Below, piece after piece: positions 49,054-58,900 of a stretch of 64,000 bases of DNA. The position numbers and the translations under genes are program-made. Every line of letters begins with the position of its first letter. The first letter of the stretch is position 1. The DNA lies in the NCBI GenBank assembly GCA_041577295.1, contig JBFGJG010000002.1:160001-224000 (forward strand). Direction: 5' to 3'. The notes below the pieces were generated by a model. That model worked only from the letters and a program-made list of their open reading frames with translations. It was not told where the DNA came from and ran no database searches. The DNA comes from Gemmatimonadales bacterium. Lineage in GTDB: Bacteria; Gemmatimonadota; Gemmatimonadetes; Gemmatimonadales; GWC2-71-9.

Positions 49054-51650
49054 GCCGTCGCCGCGGTGAGCAAGCGACCACCGACACTCCGCTGATGCAG
49101 CAGTACCGCGAGATCAAGGCGCGCCACACCAACGCGATATTGTTTTTCCGCATGGGCGACTTCTACGAAATGTTCTTCGACGACGCCAAGCTAGCCGCAC
49201 GAGAGCTCGGTTTGACGCTGACGTCCCGAAACAACGGCGGAGCCGCCAACGTGCCACTCGCTGGTGTCCCGGTCAAGGCAGCCACCGAATACCTGCGCCG
49301 ACTCATCGAGCGAGGATTCCGCGTGGCGATCTGTGAGCAGGTCGAGGATCCCAAACATGCCAAGGGCGTTGTAAGACGTGAGGTGGTGGAAACGATCACA
49401 CCTGGCGCCGTGCTTGCCGAGGACTGGTTGGAGGGCACCGAAAACAATTTTCTCGTCGCGATAGCACCCGGGCCGGTCACCGGGGTTGCAGCCCTCGATC
49501 TTACCACGGGCGAATTCGTACTCGAAGTGATCCCAGAAGGAGAAGTGGAAGCGGTGGTGTCGCGGTTGGCCCCTCGCGAGATCGTGGTGCCACATGGTAC
49601 CCATGTCCCGCACGCGGCGGCCGGCACGATGTGCACTCCGCGCGAGGAGTGGGAGTTTGATACCGGGCACGCGACCGACGTTCTGCTTCGCCGCTTTCAG
49701 CTGCATAGCCTCGACGGCCTCGGGGTAACTCAGGACGATGCCCGAGCGGTCGGGGCGGCGGGTGCGCTGCTGCGATACGCATCGGAGCTTCAGCCGAGCG
49801 GGCTCCCGCAGCTAGCACGCCCCGTCGTGCGGCGTGGAGGGGACACCGTGCCGCTCGATGCAATGACCCGGCGCAACCTCGAGCTGGTGGAACCGCTGCG
49901 TTCGGGCGATCACCGCAGCACGCTGCTCGGCGTCATCGATCGAACGGTCACTCCAATGGGTGCACGGCTGATGCGGCAGTGGTTGCTGAGCCCCTTGCGA
50001 AACGTGGCGGCGATCAACGCGCGGCTCGATGCGGTCGACACAATTGCGCGAGCCGCTCGCGGGCGCGAGCGGCTACGGGATGCACTCGATGGGGTGCGGG
50101 ACCTCGAGCGCTTGAGCGGACGCGTTGCCACCCGGCGGGCCACGCCGCGTGATCTCGGTGGCCTGAGAGATTCGCTCGAGCGGCTTCCAGACGTCCGTAG
50201 CGCGCTGGATGGACTCGCGCAGCGTGAGGCCAGCGAGATCCTCGAGACAGCTGCTCACCAGTTTGACCTGCTCACAGACCTCACCACCCAACTGCGAGGT
50301 CACCTCGCCGATCGACCACCCGCCCTGATTGGTGAAGGCGACACGATTCGGGCGGGCGCCGACGAAGCGCTCGACGAGGCGCGGGAATTACGAGACGGGG
50401 GAAAGCGCTTCATCGCAGCCATCCAGGCTCGTGAGCGCGAGCGCACGGGCATTCCATCATTGAAGGTGGGATTCAATAAGGTTTTTGGCTATTACATCGA
50501 GGTCACCAAGACCCACCGACACGCGGTCCCGGAAGACTACGAGCGGCGGCAGACGCTGACCAACGCCGAGCGCTTCGTCACGCCCGAGTTGAAGGAATAC
50601 GAAGCTCGCGTGTTGAGTGCTGAGGAACAGGTGTTGAGTCGAGAGCGCGAACTTCTCGAACTACTAAGCGCCGCGGTGACCGAGCGTCTCGCGCGCCTGC
50701 AACGCACCGCGCGACTCGTTGCCGAGCTCGATGTGTTTGCAGCCCTGGCGGAAACCGCCGTAAGAGAAACGTACGCCAGACCGACCATGACAGACGGTTA
50801 CGCCCTCGAACTGCGGGCCTGTCGTCATCCCGTGGTCGAGCGCCTGCTTCCGCCGGGAAAGTTCATCGCAAACGACATCACGCTCGACGAGAGCGGCCGC
50901 GTCGTACTGCTGACCGGCCCCAACATGGCTGGGAAATCGACCATCCTGCGGCAGGCGGGTCTCAACGTGCTACTCGCGCAAGTTGGCTCGTTTGTGCCGG
51001 CGCAGTCGGCGACCATTGGCGTCGTCGACAGAATCTTCACCCGCGTCGGTGCAAGCGACGACCTGGGGCGGGGTCACTCAACCTTCATGGTGGAGATGAG
51101 CGAGACGGCGGCCATTTTGAATACAGCGACCGAGCGGAGCCTAGTGTTGCTCGATGAGATCGGACGCGGAACGTCGACCTACGACGGCGTCGCCATCGCG
51201 TGGGCGGTGACCGAGCACCTGCACGATACGATCGGATGCAAGACGATCTTCGCTACGCACTATCACGAGCTCACACAGCTTACCGACGAGCTGCAACACG
51301 CGAGGAACCTGAACGTCGCGGTTCAAGAGAAGAGCGATGGGATCGTGTTCCTGCATCGCCTCGAGCCCGGTGGTGCGGATCGTTCGTACGGCATTCATGT
51401 GGGTCGGCTCGCTGGCTTGCCGGCAGGAGTCGTCGCCCGCGCCGGACAGATCCTTCATTTGTTGGAGGCTGGGCATCAGGTGGCCGGTGTCCAACCGCTC
51501 CCGTCCCCCGATGCACGGCAACTCACCCTCTTTCATGCCAAAGACCACCCGGTCCTAGCCGAGCTTGCACAGATCGATCCCAACACGCTGTCACCGCTCG
51601 AAGCGCTCAATCGACTCGCCGAGCTCAAACGGCACGCCGAAGAACGATGA
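49050..51650 (+). CDS. mutS: DNA mismatch repair protein MutS
   Basis: TPLMQQY, FFRMGDFYE, TGPNMAGKST, STFMVEM and DEIGRGTST. Confidence 0.97.
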   Translation: MSRRRGEQATTDTPLMQQYREIKARHTNAILFFRMGDFYEMFFDDAKLAARELGLTLTSRNNGGAANVPLAGVPVKAATEYLRRLIERGFRVAICEQVEDPKHAKGVVRREVVETITPGAVLAEDWLEGTENNFLVAIAPGPVTGVAALDLTTGEFVLEVIPEGEVEAVVSRLAPREIVVPHGTHVPHAAAGTMCTPREEWEFDTGHATDVLLRRFQLHSLDGLGVTQDDARAVGAAGALLRYASELQPSGLPQLARPVVRRGGDTVPLDAMTRRNLELVEPLRSGDHRSTLLGVIDRTVTPMGARLMRQWLLSPLRNVAAINARLDAVDTIARAARGRERLRDALDGVRDLERLSGRVATRRATPRDLGGLRDSLERLPDVRSALDGLAQREASEILETAAHQFDLLTDLTTQLRGHLADRPPALIGEGDTIRAGADEALDEARELRDGGKRFIAAIQARERERTGIPSLKVGFNKVFGYYIEVTKTHRHAVPEDYERRQTLTNAERFVTPELKEYEARVLSAEEQVLSRERELLELLSAAVTERLARLQRTARLVAELDVFAALAETAVRETYARPTMTDGYALELRACRHPVVERLLPPGKFIANDITLDESGRVVLLTGPNMAGKSTILRQAGLNVLLAQVGSFVPAQSATIGVVDRIFTRVGASDDLGRGHSTFMVEMSETAAILNTATERSLVLLDEIGRGTSTYDGVAIAWAVTEHLHDTIGCKTIFATHYHELTQLTDELQHARNLNVAVQEKSDGIVFLHRLEPGGADRSYGIHVGRLAGLPAGVVARAGQILHLLEAGHQVAGVQPLPSPDARQLTLFHAKDHPVLAELAQIDPNTLSPLEALNRLAELKRHAEER

Positions 51651-52054
51651 TGCGCTACCCAGTTTCACTCGTCGCCGTCGGCACGATCCTCGCATGCGGT
51701 CGCACAGGAGCCTCGGACGACGGCACGGCCACCATTGAGGTCCCTGAGTTCGAGCCACCCGTAGCAATCAACGCGGAGCCACCGGTGAGCTACCCCGCCC
51801 GTCTATTTCGAGAAGGGGTGGAAGGAACCGTAGTTTTACTGTTGTTCGTGGACGCGACCGGTAAGCTGGCACTGGACTCCACGCGCATTCAGGACGGAAG
51901 TGGCTATCCATCGCTGGATTCCGCAGTGTTGGCGGGCGTGAGCGCCATGGAGTTTGCCCCGGCGCGGCGCAACGGAACACCGGTCGCCACGTGGTTCCTG
52001 CAACCCGTTCACTTCCGCCAGCCCCAAGCCCCGAATTCGGAGAGCGGGCTGTGA
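51647..52054 (+). CDS. TonB C-terminal domain lipoprotein
   Basis: ILAC lipobox, YP..EGVEGTV, SGYPSLD and FAPARRNG.PV. Confidence 0.85.
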   Translation: MMRYPVSLVAVGTILACGRTGASDDGTATIEVPEFEPPVAINAEPPVSYPARLFREGVEGTVVLLLFVDATGKLALDSTRIQDGSGYPSLDSAVLAGVSAMEFAPARRNGTPVATWFLQPVHFRQPQAPNSESGL

Positions 52055-53439
52055 CAGCGCGTAACGTCCGTCCTTTCGACACGATCCTCGACACGATTGG
52101 CTGGACACCCCTGATCCGTCTGAACCGGGTCACGGCGGGTGTGCGCACCCCGGTCTACGGGAAGGCGGAGTTCTTCAACCCAGGTGGGTCACTCAAGGAC
52201 CGCATCGGTTTGGCGATCATCGAGGATGCCGAACGGCGCGGTGAGCTCAAATCGGGTGGTGTGATCGTCGAAGGAACGTCCGGCAACACGGGGGTTGGGC
52301 TCGCCCTGGCAGCGGCACTAAAGGGTTACCGCTGCATCTTTACCATGCCGGACAAGATGTCTTCCGAGAAGGTGCGTCTGCTCAAGGCTTTTGGCGCCGA
52401 GGTGATCATCACGCCCACGGCGGTGCCGCCAGATCATCCCGACAACTACGTGATGAAGGCGAAGGCGATCGTCAAAAGCACGCCCAATTCCATTCTGGCG
52501 AACCAATTCTACAACCAGGTGAACCCGGAAGCGCACTACAAGTCCACCGGTCCGGAGTTGTGGGAGCAAACGGAGGGACGGATCACTCACTTGGTCGGCG
52601 GAGCCGGGACTGGGGGCACGCTGAGCGGCGCCGGGAGATTCCTCAAGGAGAAGAACCCAGCGATCCGTATCATCGCCGGGGATCCCGACGGATCGATCTA
52701 TGCCGCTTGGGCGCGAGGCGAGCGCGACGTGCCAGGGCATCCCTACAAGGTTGAGGGGATTGGGGGGGATAAGATTCCGGAGACCCTGCACTTCGACCAG
52801 ATCGACGAATTCCACACCGTGACCGACCGGGACGCGTTTGTCATGGCGCGACGGTTGGCACGGGAAGAGGGCCTCTTTGTCGGCGGATCGACCGGGCTCA
52901 TCGTTTCGGTGGCGCTCACGGTCGCGCGAGCAGTGGACGATCCCAAGGCTTGTGTGGTTGCCATCCTATGCGATACCGGTGAGCGCTATTTATCGAAACT
53001 GTTCAATGACGAGTGGATGCGAGAGAACCAGTTGCTGGACCAGGATCGCGTGGTCGCGAGCATGTTGCTGGCGGCGAAGCCGCATGAGACGCCGCCGCTG
53101 GTGACGCTCAGTCCGGGACAAACCGTGCGTCAGGCGCTGAACCTCATGGCGACCTACGGGATCTCCCAGCTGCCAGTCGTCGAAGGAGGTGATTGCGTCG
53201 GCTCGGTCGCCGAGGGGGCAGTCATGGCACGGGCCGTCTCCGAGCCCTCCGTGCTCGACAAGGCGGTCCGCGAAATCATGGATCCTCCGTACCCCGTGGT
53301 GGACGCCACATTCCCGCTCGAGCGCTTCTCCGACCTGCTCTCCCGCGAGACCCCGGCCGTCCTGGTGCGGCAGGACGGGACCCTCTCCGGGATCGTGACG
53401 CGGTACGATGTCCTTCATCACGTCGCCGGTATTCGCTGA
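52051..53439 (+). CDS. cbs: Cystathionine beta-synthase (PLP enzyme + CBS domains)
   Basis: NPGGSLKDR, TSGNTG and GTGGT motifs plus a C-terminal CBS pair. Confidence 0.88.
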   Translation: MTARNVRPFDTILDTIGWTPLIRLNRVTAGVRTPVYGKAEFFNPGGSLKDRIGLAIIEDAERRGELKSGGVIVEGTSGNTGVGLALAAALKGYRCIFTMPDKMSSEKVRLLKAFGAEVIITPTAVPPDHPDNYVMKAKAIVKSTPNSILANQFYNQVNPEAHYKSTGPELWEQTEGRITHLVGGAGTGGTLSGAGRFLKEKNPAIRIIAGDPDGSIYAAWARGERDVPGHPYKVEGIGGDKIPETLHFDQIDEFHTVTDRDAFVMARRLAREEGLFVGGSTGLIVSVALTVARAVDDPKACVVAILCDTGERYLSKLFNDEWMRENQLLDQDRVVASMLLAAKPHETPPLVTLSPGQTVRQALNLMATYGISQLPVVEGGDCVGSVAEGAVMARAVSEPSVLDKAVREIMDPPYPVVDATFPLERFSDLLSRETPAVLVRQDGTLSGIVTRYDVLHHVAGIR

Positions 53440-53512
53440 GCGCACCCGTCTCCACCCGTGGGAGCGGTCACGGGTCACCGTAGCCGGGACGTTAGTGAGG
53501 TAGCTTTCCAGC

Positions 53513-53899
53513 ATGCCGTACTATGTGCTGTCGGCTGAGACCAGCTTTTCGGCCGCTCACACACTCCCCGGTGTGGAGATGTGTGACCGTTTCCACGGAC
53601 ACAATTGGCGTGTGCGGCTGAACGTATCGGTTGATGAATCCCAGCTCGACCCCGGCGGTATGGGGGTGGATTTCCGGGTCATTGAGGAGGTGGCCCGGGA
53701 GACCGTGGCGGACTTTGAACATCGCTACCTCAACGATCTCGAGCCGTTTCACCAGTCACCGCCGACCGCGGAGCGGTTAGCCAAGCTGATCAGCACACGT
53801 GCTACGGCGCTGTTGGCCGACCGGGCCCCAGCCGCAGCGGTTGAGACTGTGGAGGTTTGGGAAACCCCCAACTACCGCGTGGCGTATCGACCGCGATGA
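53513..53899 (+). CDS. queD: 6-carboxytetrahydropterin synthase
   Basis: FSAAH, CDRFHGHNW, PTAE and VWET. Confidence 0.9.
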   Translation: MPYYVLSAETSFSAAHTLPGVEMCDRFHGHNWRVRLNVSVDESQLDPGGMGVDFRVIEEVARETVADFEHRYLNDLEPFHQSPPTAERLAKLISTRATALLADRAPAAAVETVEVWETPNYRVAYRPR

Positions 53900-54939
53900 T
53901 GCGGATCACGGTCCTCACCGGAGGGTCGACCCCCGAACGTGATGTGGCGCTCGCCGGAGCTGCTCAGGTGGTGGCCGCCCTCCGAGCCGGTGGACACCTG
54001 GTCACCGTTGTCGACACCGTGAGCGGTGCTATCGAGAGCGACGACGAGCAACAGCTGCTGGTGTCGTCGGTGGGGAGCGATCCACCGAGTCAGGAAGAGC
54101 TCAGACTCCTCGCGATGCGCGAGTGTCTCACCGACCTCATCGCCCTTCCCGCGCTACGGGAGACCGATCTCGTGTTCATCGTCCTTCACGGGAAACAGGG
54201 TGAGGGAGGCGAGGTGCAGGCGCTGCTCGAGGCCGGTGGCATCCCCTATGCGGGGAGTGGCCCGCTGGGGAGCGGGCTGGCGATGGACAAGGACATCGCC
54301 AAGCGCCTCCTCCGCGACGCTGGGATCCCGACGCCCCGTTGGGTCACGCACCCAACCACGCCCGAGGACGTGTCCACGCTGGGGCTACCGGTGGTCGTAA
54401 AGCCCTCAAAGGCGGGGTCCACCGTCGGATTATCGATCGCGCGACGGACGGACGAGCTGGAGGCGGCGATCCGCAGCGCGTTGGATTACGACGACGAAGT
54501 GATCATCGAGCAGTACCTGGACGGTCGTGAATTCACGGTCGGCATTCTGGGCGAGGAGGCCTTGGCCGTCGGTGAGATCATACCACAACACGAGATCTTT
54601 GATTACGAGTGCAAGTACACCCCCGGTATGACCCAGGAGATCTTCCCAGCAGATCTGCCAGCCGGAACCACGGACCGGCTCCGGACACTGGCTTTACAGG
54701 CCCATCGTGTGCTGAAGCTACGCGATTTCTCGCGGGTAGACTTCCGATTGGCTTCGGATGGCACCCCCCACTGCCTAGAGTTGAACACCCTTCCGGGGTT
54801 GACAGCCACGAGCTTGTTGCCACAATCGGCGGCCGCTGCCGGCATCGACTTTGGCGAACTTTGCCACCGAATCTGCACGCTGGCGTTGCAGCGGGCCGAG
54901 CGGAACAAACTCCGGGCCAAGGTGGGTAGATTGAGATGA
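53896..54939 (+). CDS. ddl: D-alanine--D-alanine ligase
   Basis: GGSTPERDV, LHGKQGEGG, MDK, GSTVG, FDYECKY and ELNTLPG. Confidence 0.93.
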   Translation: MMRITVLTGGSTPERDVALAGAAQVVAALRAGGHLVTVVDTVSGAIESDDEQQLLVSSVGSDPPSQEELRLLAMRECLTDLIALPALRETDLVFIVLHGKQGEGGEVQALLEAGGIPYAGSGPLGSGLAMDKDIAKRLLRDAGIPTPRWVTHPTTPEDVSTLGLPVVVKPSKAGSTVGLSIARRTDELEAAIRSALDYDDEVIIEQYLDGREFTVGILGEEALAVGEIIPQHEIFDYECKYTPGMTQEIFPADLPAGTTDRLRTLALQAHRVLKLRDFSRVDFRLASDGTPHCLELNTLPGLTATSLLPQSAAAAGIDFGELCHRICTLALQRAERNKLRAKVGRLR

Positions 54940-55763
54940 TGCGATCCCAGTCTCCGTTCGCGCTCACCCCATGGGTACGTGGCCTCATCGTCGCGAACGC
55001 TGTGGTGTACCTGCTGACAATCACAGTGTTTACCGGGCCGTGGTTCGCGGACGCGTTCGCGTTTGGCCCCACGCGCGTCGTCACCCATTGGTGGACCTTC
55101 GTCACATACATGTTTCTCCACCAGGGGTTCCTCCATCTCGCGTTCAATATGTTGATGTTGTTTTTCTTCGGCCGAGCGGTCGAAGAGCGCATGGGTGGGT
55201 CGGCGTTTGGACTGTACTACTTCGTTTGCGGTTTAGGTGGCGCCATCTTTTCGTTCGTGGTGTCACTGTTCACACCGGTGGCACCGTTTGTCGGCGCATC
55301 GGGCGCCGTGTTCGGCGTGTCCCTCGCCTTCGTCTACTATTGGCCAGATGCGCCGGTCTACGTCTTCCCGCTCCCCATGCCCATCAAAGCGAAGTGGCTG
55401 GTGATCTTCTTCGCCACGTTGAGTCTCTTTTCCGCCATCACGGGGGCGCGAGACGGCATTGCCCACTTGGCACATTTGGGTGGATTCCTTTTCGGATTCA
55501 TCTACCTGAAGGGCGAGGAGCGCGTCGGCCGAGGCGCGAGCAAGGCCATCACTCGCCGCCGTGTACCACGACCGAAGGCTCGCGCACGAACCCGAGAGGT
55601 CTCACAGGCACAGGGCGAACGGTCTTACCGTCATCGGCGTCGGGAGGAGCATGACGAGGTGGATCGCTTGCTCGATAAGATCTCGCGATCTGGCATCGAG
55701 AGTCTGACGCCCGAAGAACGGCGCCTACTGGACGACGCCAGTCGCAAGCTCCGCGATCCCTAA
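54936..55763 (+). CDS. Rhomboid family intramembrane serine protease
   Basis: YMFLH..HLAFNM, GASG and AHLAHLGG. Confidence 0.93.
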   Translation: MMRSQSPFALTPWVRGLIVANAVVYLLTITVFTGPWFADAFAFGPTRVVTHWWTFVTYMFLHQGFLHLAFNMLMLFFFGRAVEERMGGSAFGLYYFVCGLGGAIFSFVVSLFTPVAPFVGASGAVFGVSLAFVYYWPDAPVYVFPLPMPIKAKWLVIFFATLSLFSAITGARDGIAHLAHLGGFLFGFIYLKGEERVGRGASKAITRRRVPRPKARARTREVSQAQGERSYRHRRREEHDEVDRLLDKISRSGIESLTPEERRLLDDASRKLRDP

Positions 55764-55772
55764 TCTCGTTTC

Positions 55773-56267
55773 ATGCCCCCTCGAATCACCGCACGTCAGG
55801 GTGACATTACCACCTATGACGGTGATGCCATCGTCAACGCAGCGAATAACCACTTGCAGCTCGGTGCAGGCGTAGCCGGAGCGATCCGGCGGGCGGGCGG
55901 ACCCACTATTCAAGAGGAATGCGACCGGCACGGGCCCATACGTGTTGGTGAGGCTGCAATCACGGGCGCCGGGGAGCTGTCGGTTCGCTGGGTGATCCAC
56001 GCCGCAGCCATGGGTGATGCGCCGGTCTCGGAATCGTCGATTCGTAGCAGCACGCTGGCCGCGCTCGCCCTGGCCGCCCAGCACCAGATTCGTCGCATCG
56101 CGTTTCCCGTCCTCGGTACTGGTGTCGGCGGCTTCTCCTTCACACGCGCGGCAGCCACCATGTACGATGCCGTGCAGTCGTCACCAGACACCAACGAGCT
56201 GACGGAGGTGGTGTTTTACGGTTTTCGTCCGGAAGACGTCACTGTTTTGGAGTCGCTACTGTCGTAA
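55773..56267 (+). CDS. Macro domain protein
   Basis: GDIT, AIVNAAN, GAGVAGAI and FPVLGTGVGG. Confidence 0.93.
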   Translation: MPPRITARQGDITTYDGDAIVNAANNHLQLGAGVAGAIRRAGGPTIQEECDRHGPIRVGEAAITGAGELSVRWVIHAAAMGDAPVSESSIRSSTLAALALAAQHQIRRIAFPVLGTGVGGFSFTRAAATMYDAVQSSPDTNELTEVVFYGFRPEDVTVLESLLS

Positions 56268-56324
56268 TACCGCAGCGAGCCACTTGTCAGTACCCGCCGG
56301 GCATCCCAAATTGGGGACGCCTCC

Positions 56325-57269
56325 ATGCTCATCAACCTCGTTCCGGAATTCCTGGCGGTCGTCGAGGCTCCCGACCCCATGGAGGCGTACCTTCGCTACC
56401 TCACCGAGCACGCTCCAGTTCTGCACGCCTACTGGCACAACTACATCCTCGACCCGGACAGTCCGCACGCGGAGGACGTGATCCGTCGAACGATCGAGGC
56501 GGATCGCCGTGACCTGCGCGCGCTATTGTTGCACGTGGATGTGGAGCGGCTGGCAGATGAGACACAGGCCCGCTGCGAGGAGCTCTTCGAGATTGAGGAG
56601 CCGTTTGACGTGTGTCTCATGGTCGGGGTGGGTGGTGCGAACGCCGGTGAGCTCGTCGTGGCAGGACGGGGCATCGCGTTTGTCTGCCTGGAACACTTTA
56701 CCGGCAAGCCCAATCCGGAATCGTTCGGACTGGGTCTTCGTCCGGCGCTCATGGGCCTGTGGTTAGCACACGAGATCGCGCACGTGGCGCGATATACCGC
56801 CCACGATAGCGAGAGTGAGCTGGCATCGGTGATTCGCGAAATGCGTGGCAACTACGACTACTGGGAGACCGGAAGCCGGACATCGCTCCGCGAGCTACTC
56901 GTCAACGAGGGTCTTGCGGTTGCCGGCGCCATGGCAGCAACACCCGGATTCGAGCGGTGGGAGTACCTCGGCTACTCCGGTCGAGTGTACCGGCGTCTGC
57001 GCCAGCTGGATGCGTTTCTCACCCGTGCCGTGGCGGGTGATCTCGATCGGACCGGACTGGGCTACCGACTCCGTTATCTCTCTGGCGGCGTTCCCCCCGC
57101 GCAGCGCATGGTGAACGGCAAGGTGATTCCCGAGCGCGCCGGCTACTATCTGGGGCTGCGTATGGTCGAGTCCATCGTTGCGAATGTCGGCATCGCGCGG
57201 GCCCTCCGTACGAGCGCTTCCGCATGCACGGTCTCGGAAGCGCTCGAGGGCGGCGCTCAGACAGCGTGA
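56325..57269 (+). CDS. Putative Zn-dependent protease (DUF2268-like)
   Basis: HEIAH, NEGLA and AGYYLG motifs. Confidence 0.7.
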   Translation: MLINLVPEFLAVVEAPDPMEAYLRYLTEHAPVLHAYWHNYILDPDSPHAEDVIRRTIEADRRDLRALLLHVDVERLADETQARCEELFEIEEPFDVCLMVGVGGANAGELVVAGRGIAFVCLEHFTGKPNPESFGLGLRPALMGLWLAHEIAHVARYTAHDSESELASVIREMRGNYDYWETGSRTSLRELLVNEGLAVAGAMAATPGFERWEYLGYSGRVYRRLRQLDAFLTRAVAGDLDRTGLGYRLRYLSGGVPPAQRMVNGKVIPERAGYYLGLRMVESIVANVGIARALRTSASACTVSEALEGGAQTA

Positions 57270-57502
57270 CAAACGCAAAGCGACCGCGGAAGCGGCGCCA
57301 GCCCGCTGCGAATGAGGTTCAAAACCCGTCGGAACGGCGGGAGCGTCTCATGCTTCGCGAGGTCGTCAACGATCTGGTGGAACACGTGCGCTGGCTGTCC
57401 AGCGCGTTGCCGCAACTATCCGTGGAAGAGCTGGATCACGCACAACAGCGGTTGGAGTGGTTGGCCGATGAGGTGTGGCGCCTCACCGTCGAGACAGAGT
57501 AG
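57266..57502 (+). CDS. Small hypothetical protein
   Basis: GTGA overlap with the upstream gene. Helical sequence (QQRLEWLADEVW). Confidence 0.6.
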   Translation: MTNAKRPRKRRQPAANEVQNPSERRERLMLREVVNDLVEHVRWLSSALPQLSVEELDHAQQRLEWLADEVWRLTVETE

Positions 57503-57527
57503 CTATTCGGCGAGGCCGCCCACCTCG

Positions 57528-58877
57528 CTATTTCCCTACACAGAACGTGGCAAATACGCGGTCGAGCACATCCTCGGACGTCACCACCCCAATAACGTCT
57601 TCGAGGGCGGTGATCCCTGCTCGGAGGTGCGTCGCGGCGATCGCTCCCTCCAAGCCATCGGCGCGTGCGACTGAAAACGCCTCGGTTTCGTCGAGTGCCC
57701 GCTGTAGAGCGTGTCGGTGACGCTCACGTGTGACGAGTGGCTCCACGTCGTGCGTTCGTGCGAGGCGGGAGAACGCCACCGCCGCCATCTGCTTTCTGAG
57801 TTCCACCAGTCCTTGTCCGGTGTGAGCTGACACCGTCACCTCGGGCACATCGGTCCGCGAGAGGGCTTTCGGCCCGAGATCGGCTTTGGTGTGCACGACG
57901 ATCACGGGTGCGGTGACCGCCGTTAGAAAGGCCTGCTCCTCCTCGCCTGGCTCGCTGCCCGCCTCGACGCAAAAGAGCACGAGATCAGCCGAGGACAGAT
58001 AGCGAAGACTCACTTCCACACCGATGCGCTCGACCGTGTCGCTGCTCTCGCGGAGCCCCGCAGTGTCGATCAAGCGAAAGGGGAATCCATCACAGGTCGC
58101 CGGCGCTTCGATCGCGTCGCGGGTTGTGCCAGGGATATGCGTCACGATGGCTCGCTCGCTGCCTAGGAGCGCATTGAACAGCGATGACTTACCTGCGTTT
58201 GGGCGCCCCGCGATGACGGCGATAGCCCCTTCGCGCAACCGTTCGCCTTCAGCCGCGGTGCCGAGGAGTTCGACCAACTCTCGCCGCACGGTGCTTGTGG
58301 CACGCGCCACCTGCTCGGGGGGTACGGGTCCGCTGTCCTCTTCCGGAAAATCAATCTCGTACGATACGAGGGCCTCGAGCTCCAGTACGTGCTCACGAAG
58401 GATCGCAATCCGCTGTGAGAGCCCGCGTTCGAGTTGGTGAAGCGCGGCGCGGCGTTGCGCCGGCGCGGTGGAGTCGATCAGATCGCCGACCGCCTCCGCT
58501 TGCAGCAAATCCATCTTCCCGTTGAGGAGCGCACGGCGGGTAAACTCCCCCGGGGTCGCCTGCCGCGCTCCAGCTGCGAGCAACGCACTCAGCACGGCCA
58601 CGGGCAGCAGCAGCCCCCCATGGGTAGAAATCTCTACGACATTCTGTCCGGTATACGAATGCGGAGCCTGATAAACGACATAGAGCACCTCATCCAGCAA
58701 CTCGGCGCTTTCGGGATGGCGCACGCTCGCGAGCCGTGCCGTACGAAACGGCTCGACCCGAAATGGCTCGAGCACCGCTGCGGCTATCTCGTGTGCATTG
58801 TCCCCGGATAGACGAACGAGGGCGAGAGCGGATCGGCCGGGTGGAGTGGCGAGGGCGGCGATGACGTCAGTGAGCAT
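57528..58877 (-). CDS. mnmE: tRNA modification GTPase MnmE
   Basis: IAALATPPG, GEFTRRALLNGK, GRPNAGKSS, GTTRD, DTAG and FCVGK. Confidence 0.97.
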   Translation of the reverse strand: MLTDVIAALATPPGRSALALVRLSGDNAHEIAAAVLEPFRVEPFRTARLASVRHPESAELLDEVLYVVYQAPHSYTGQNVVEISTHGGLLLPVAVLSALLAAGARQATPGEFTRRALLNGKMDLLQAEAVGDLIDSTAPAQRRAALHQLERGLSQRIAILREHVLELEALVSYEIDFPEEDSGPVPPEQVARATSTVRRELVELLGTAAEGERLREGAIAVIAGRPNAGKSSLFNALLGSERAIVTHIPGTTRDAIEAPATCDGFPFRLIDTAGLRESSDTVERIGVEVSLRYLSSADLVLFCVEAGSEPGEEEQAFLTAVTAPVIVVHTKADLGPKALSRTDVPEVTVSAHTGQGLVELRKQMAAVAFSRLARTHDVEPLVTRERHRHALQRALDETEAFSVARADGLEGAIAATHLRAGITALEDVIGVVTSEDVLDRVFATFCVGK

Positions 58878-58900
58878 TGAGCCGCGCGTTGAGCGATGGA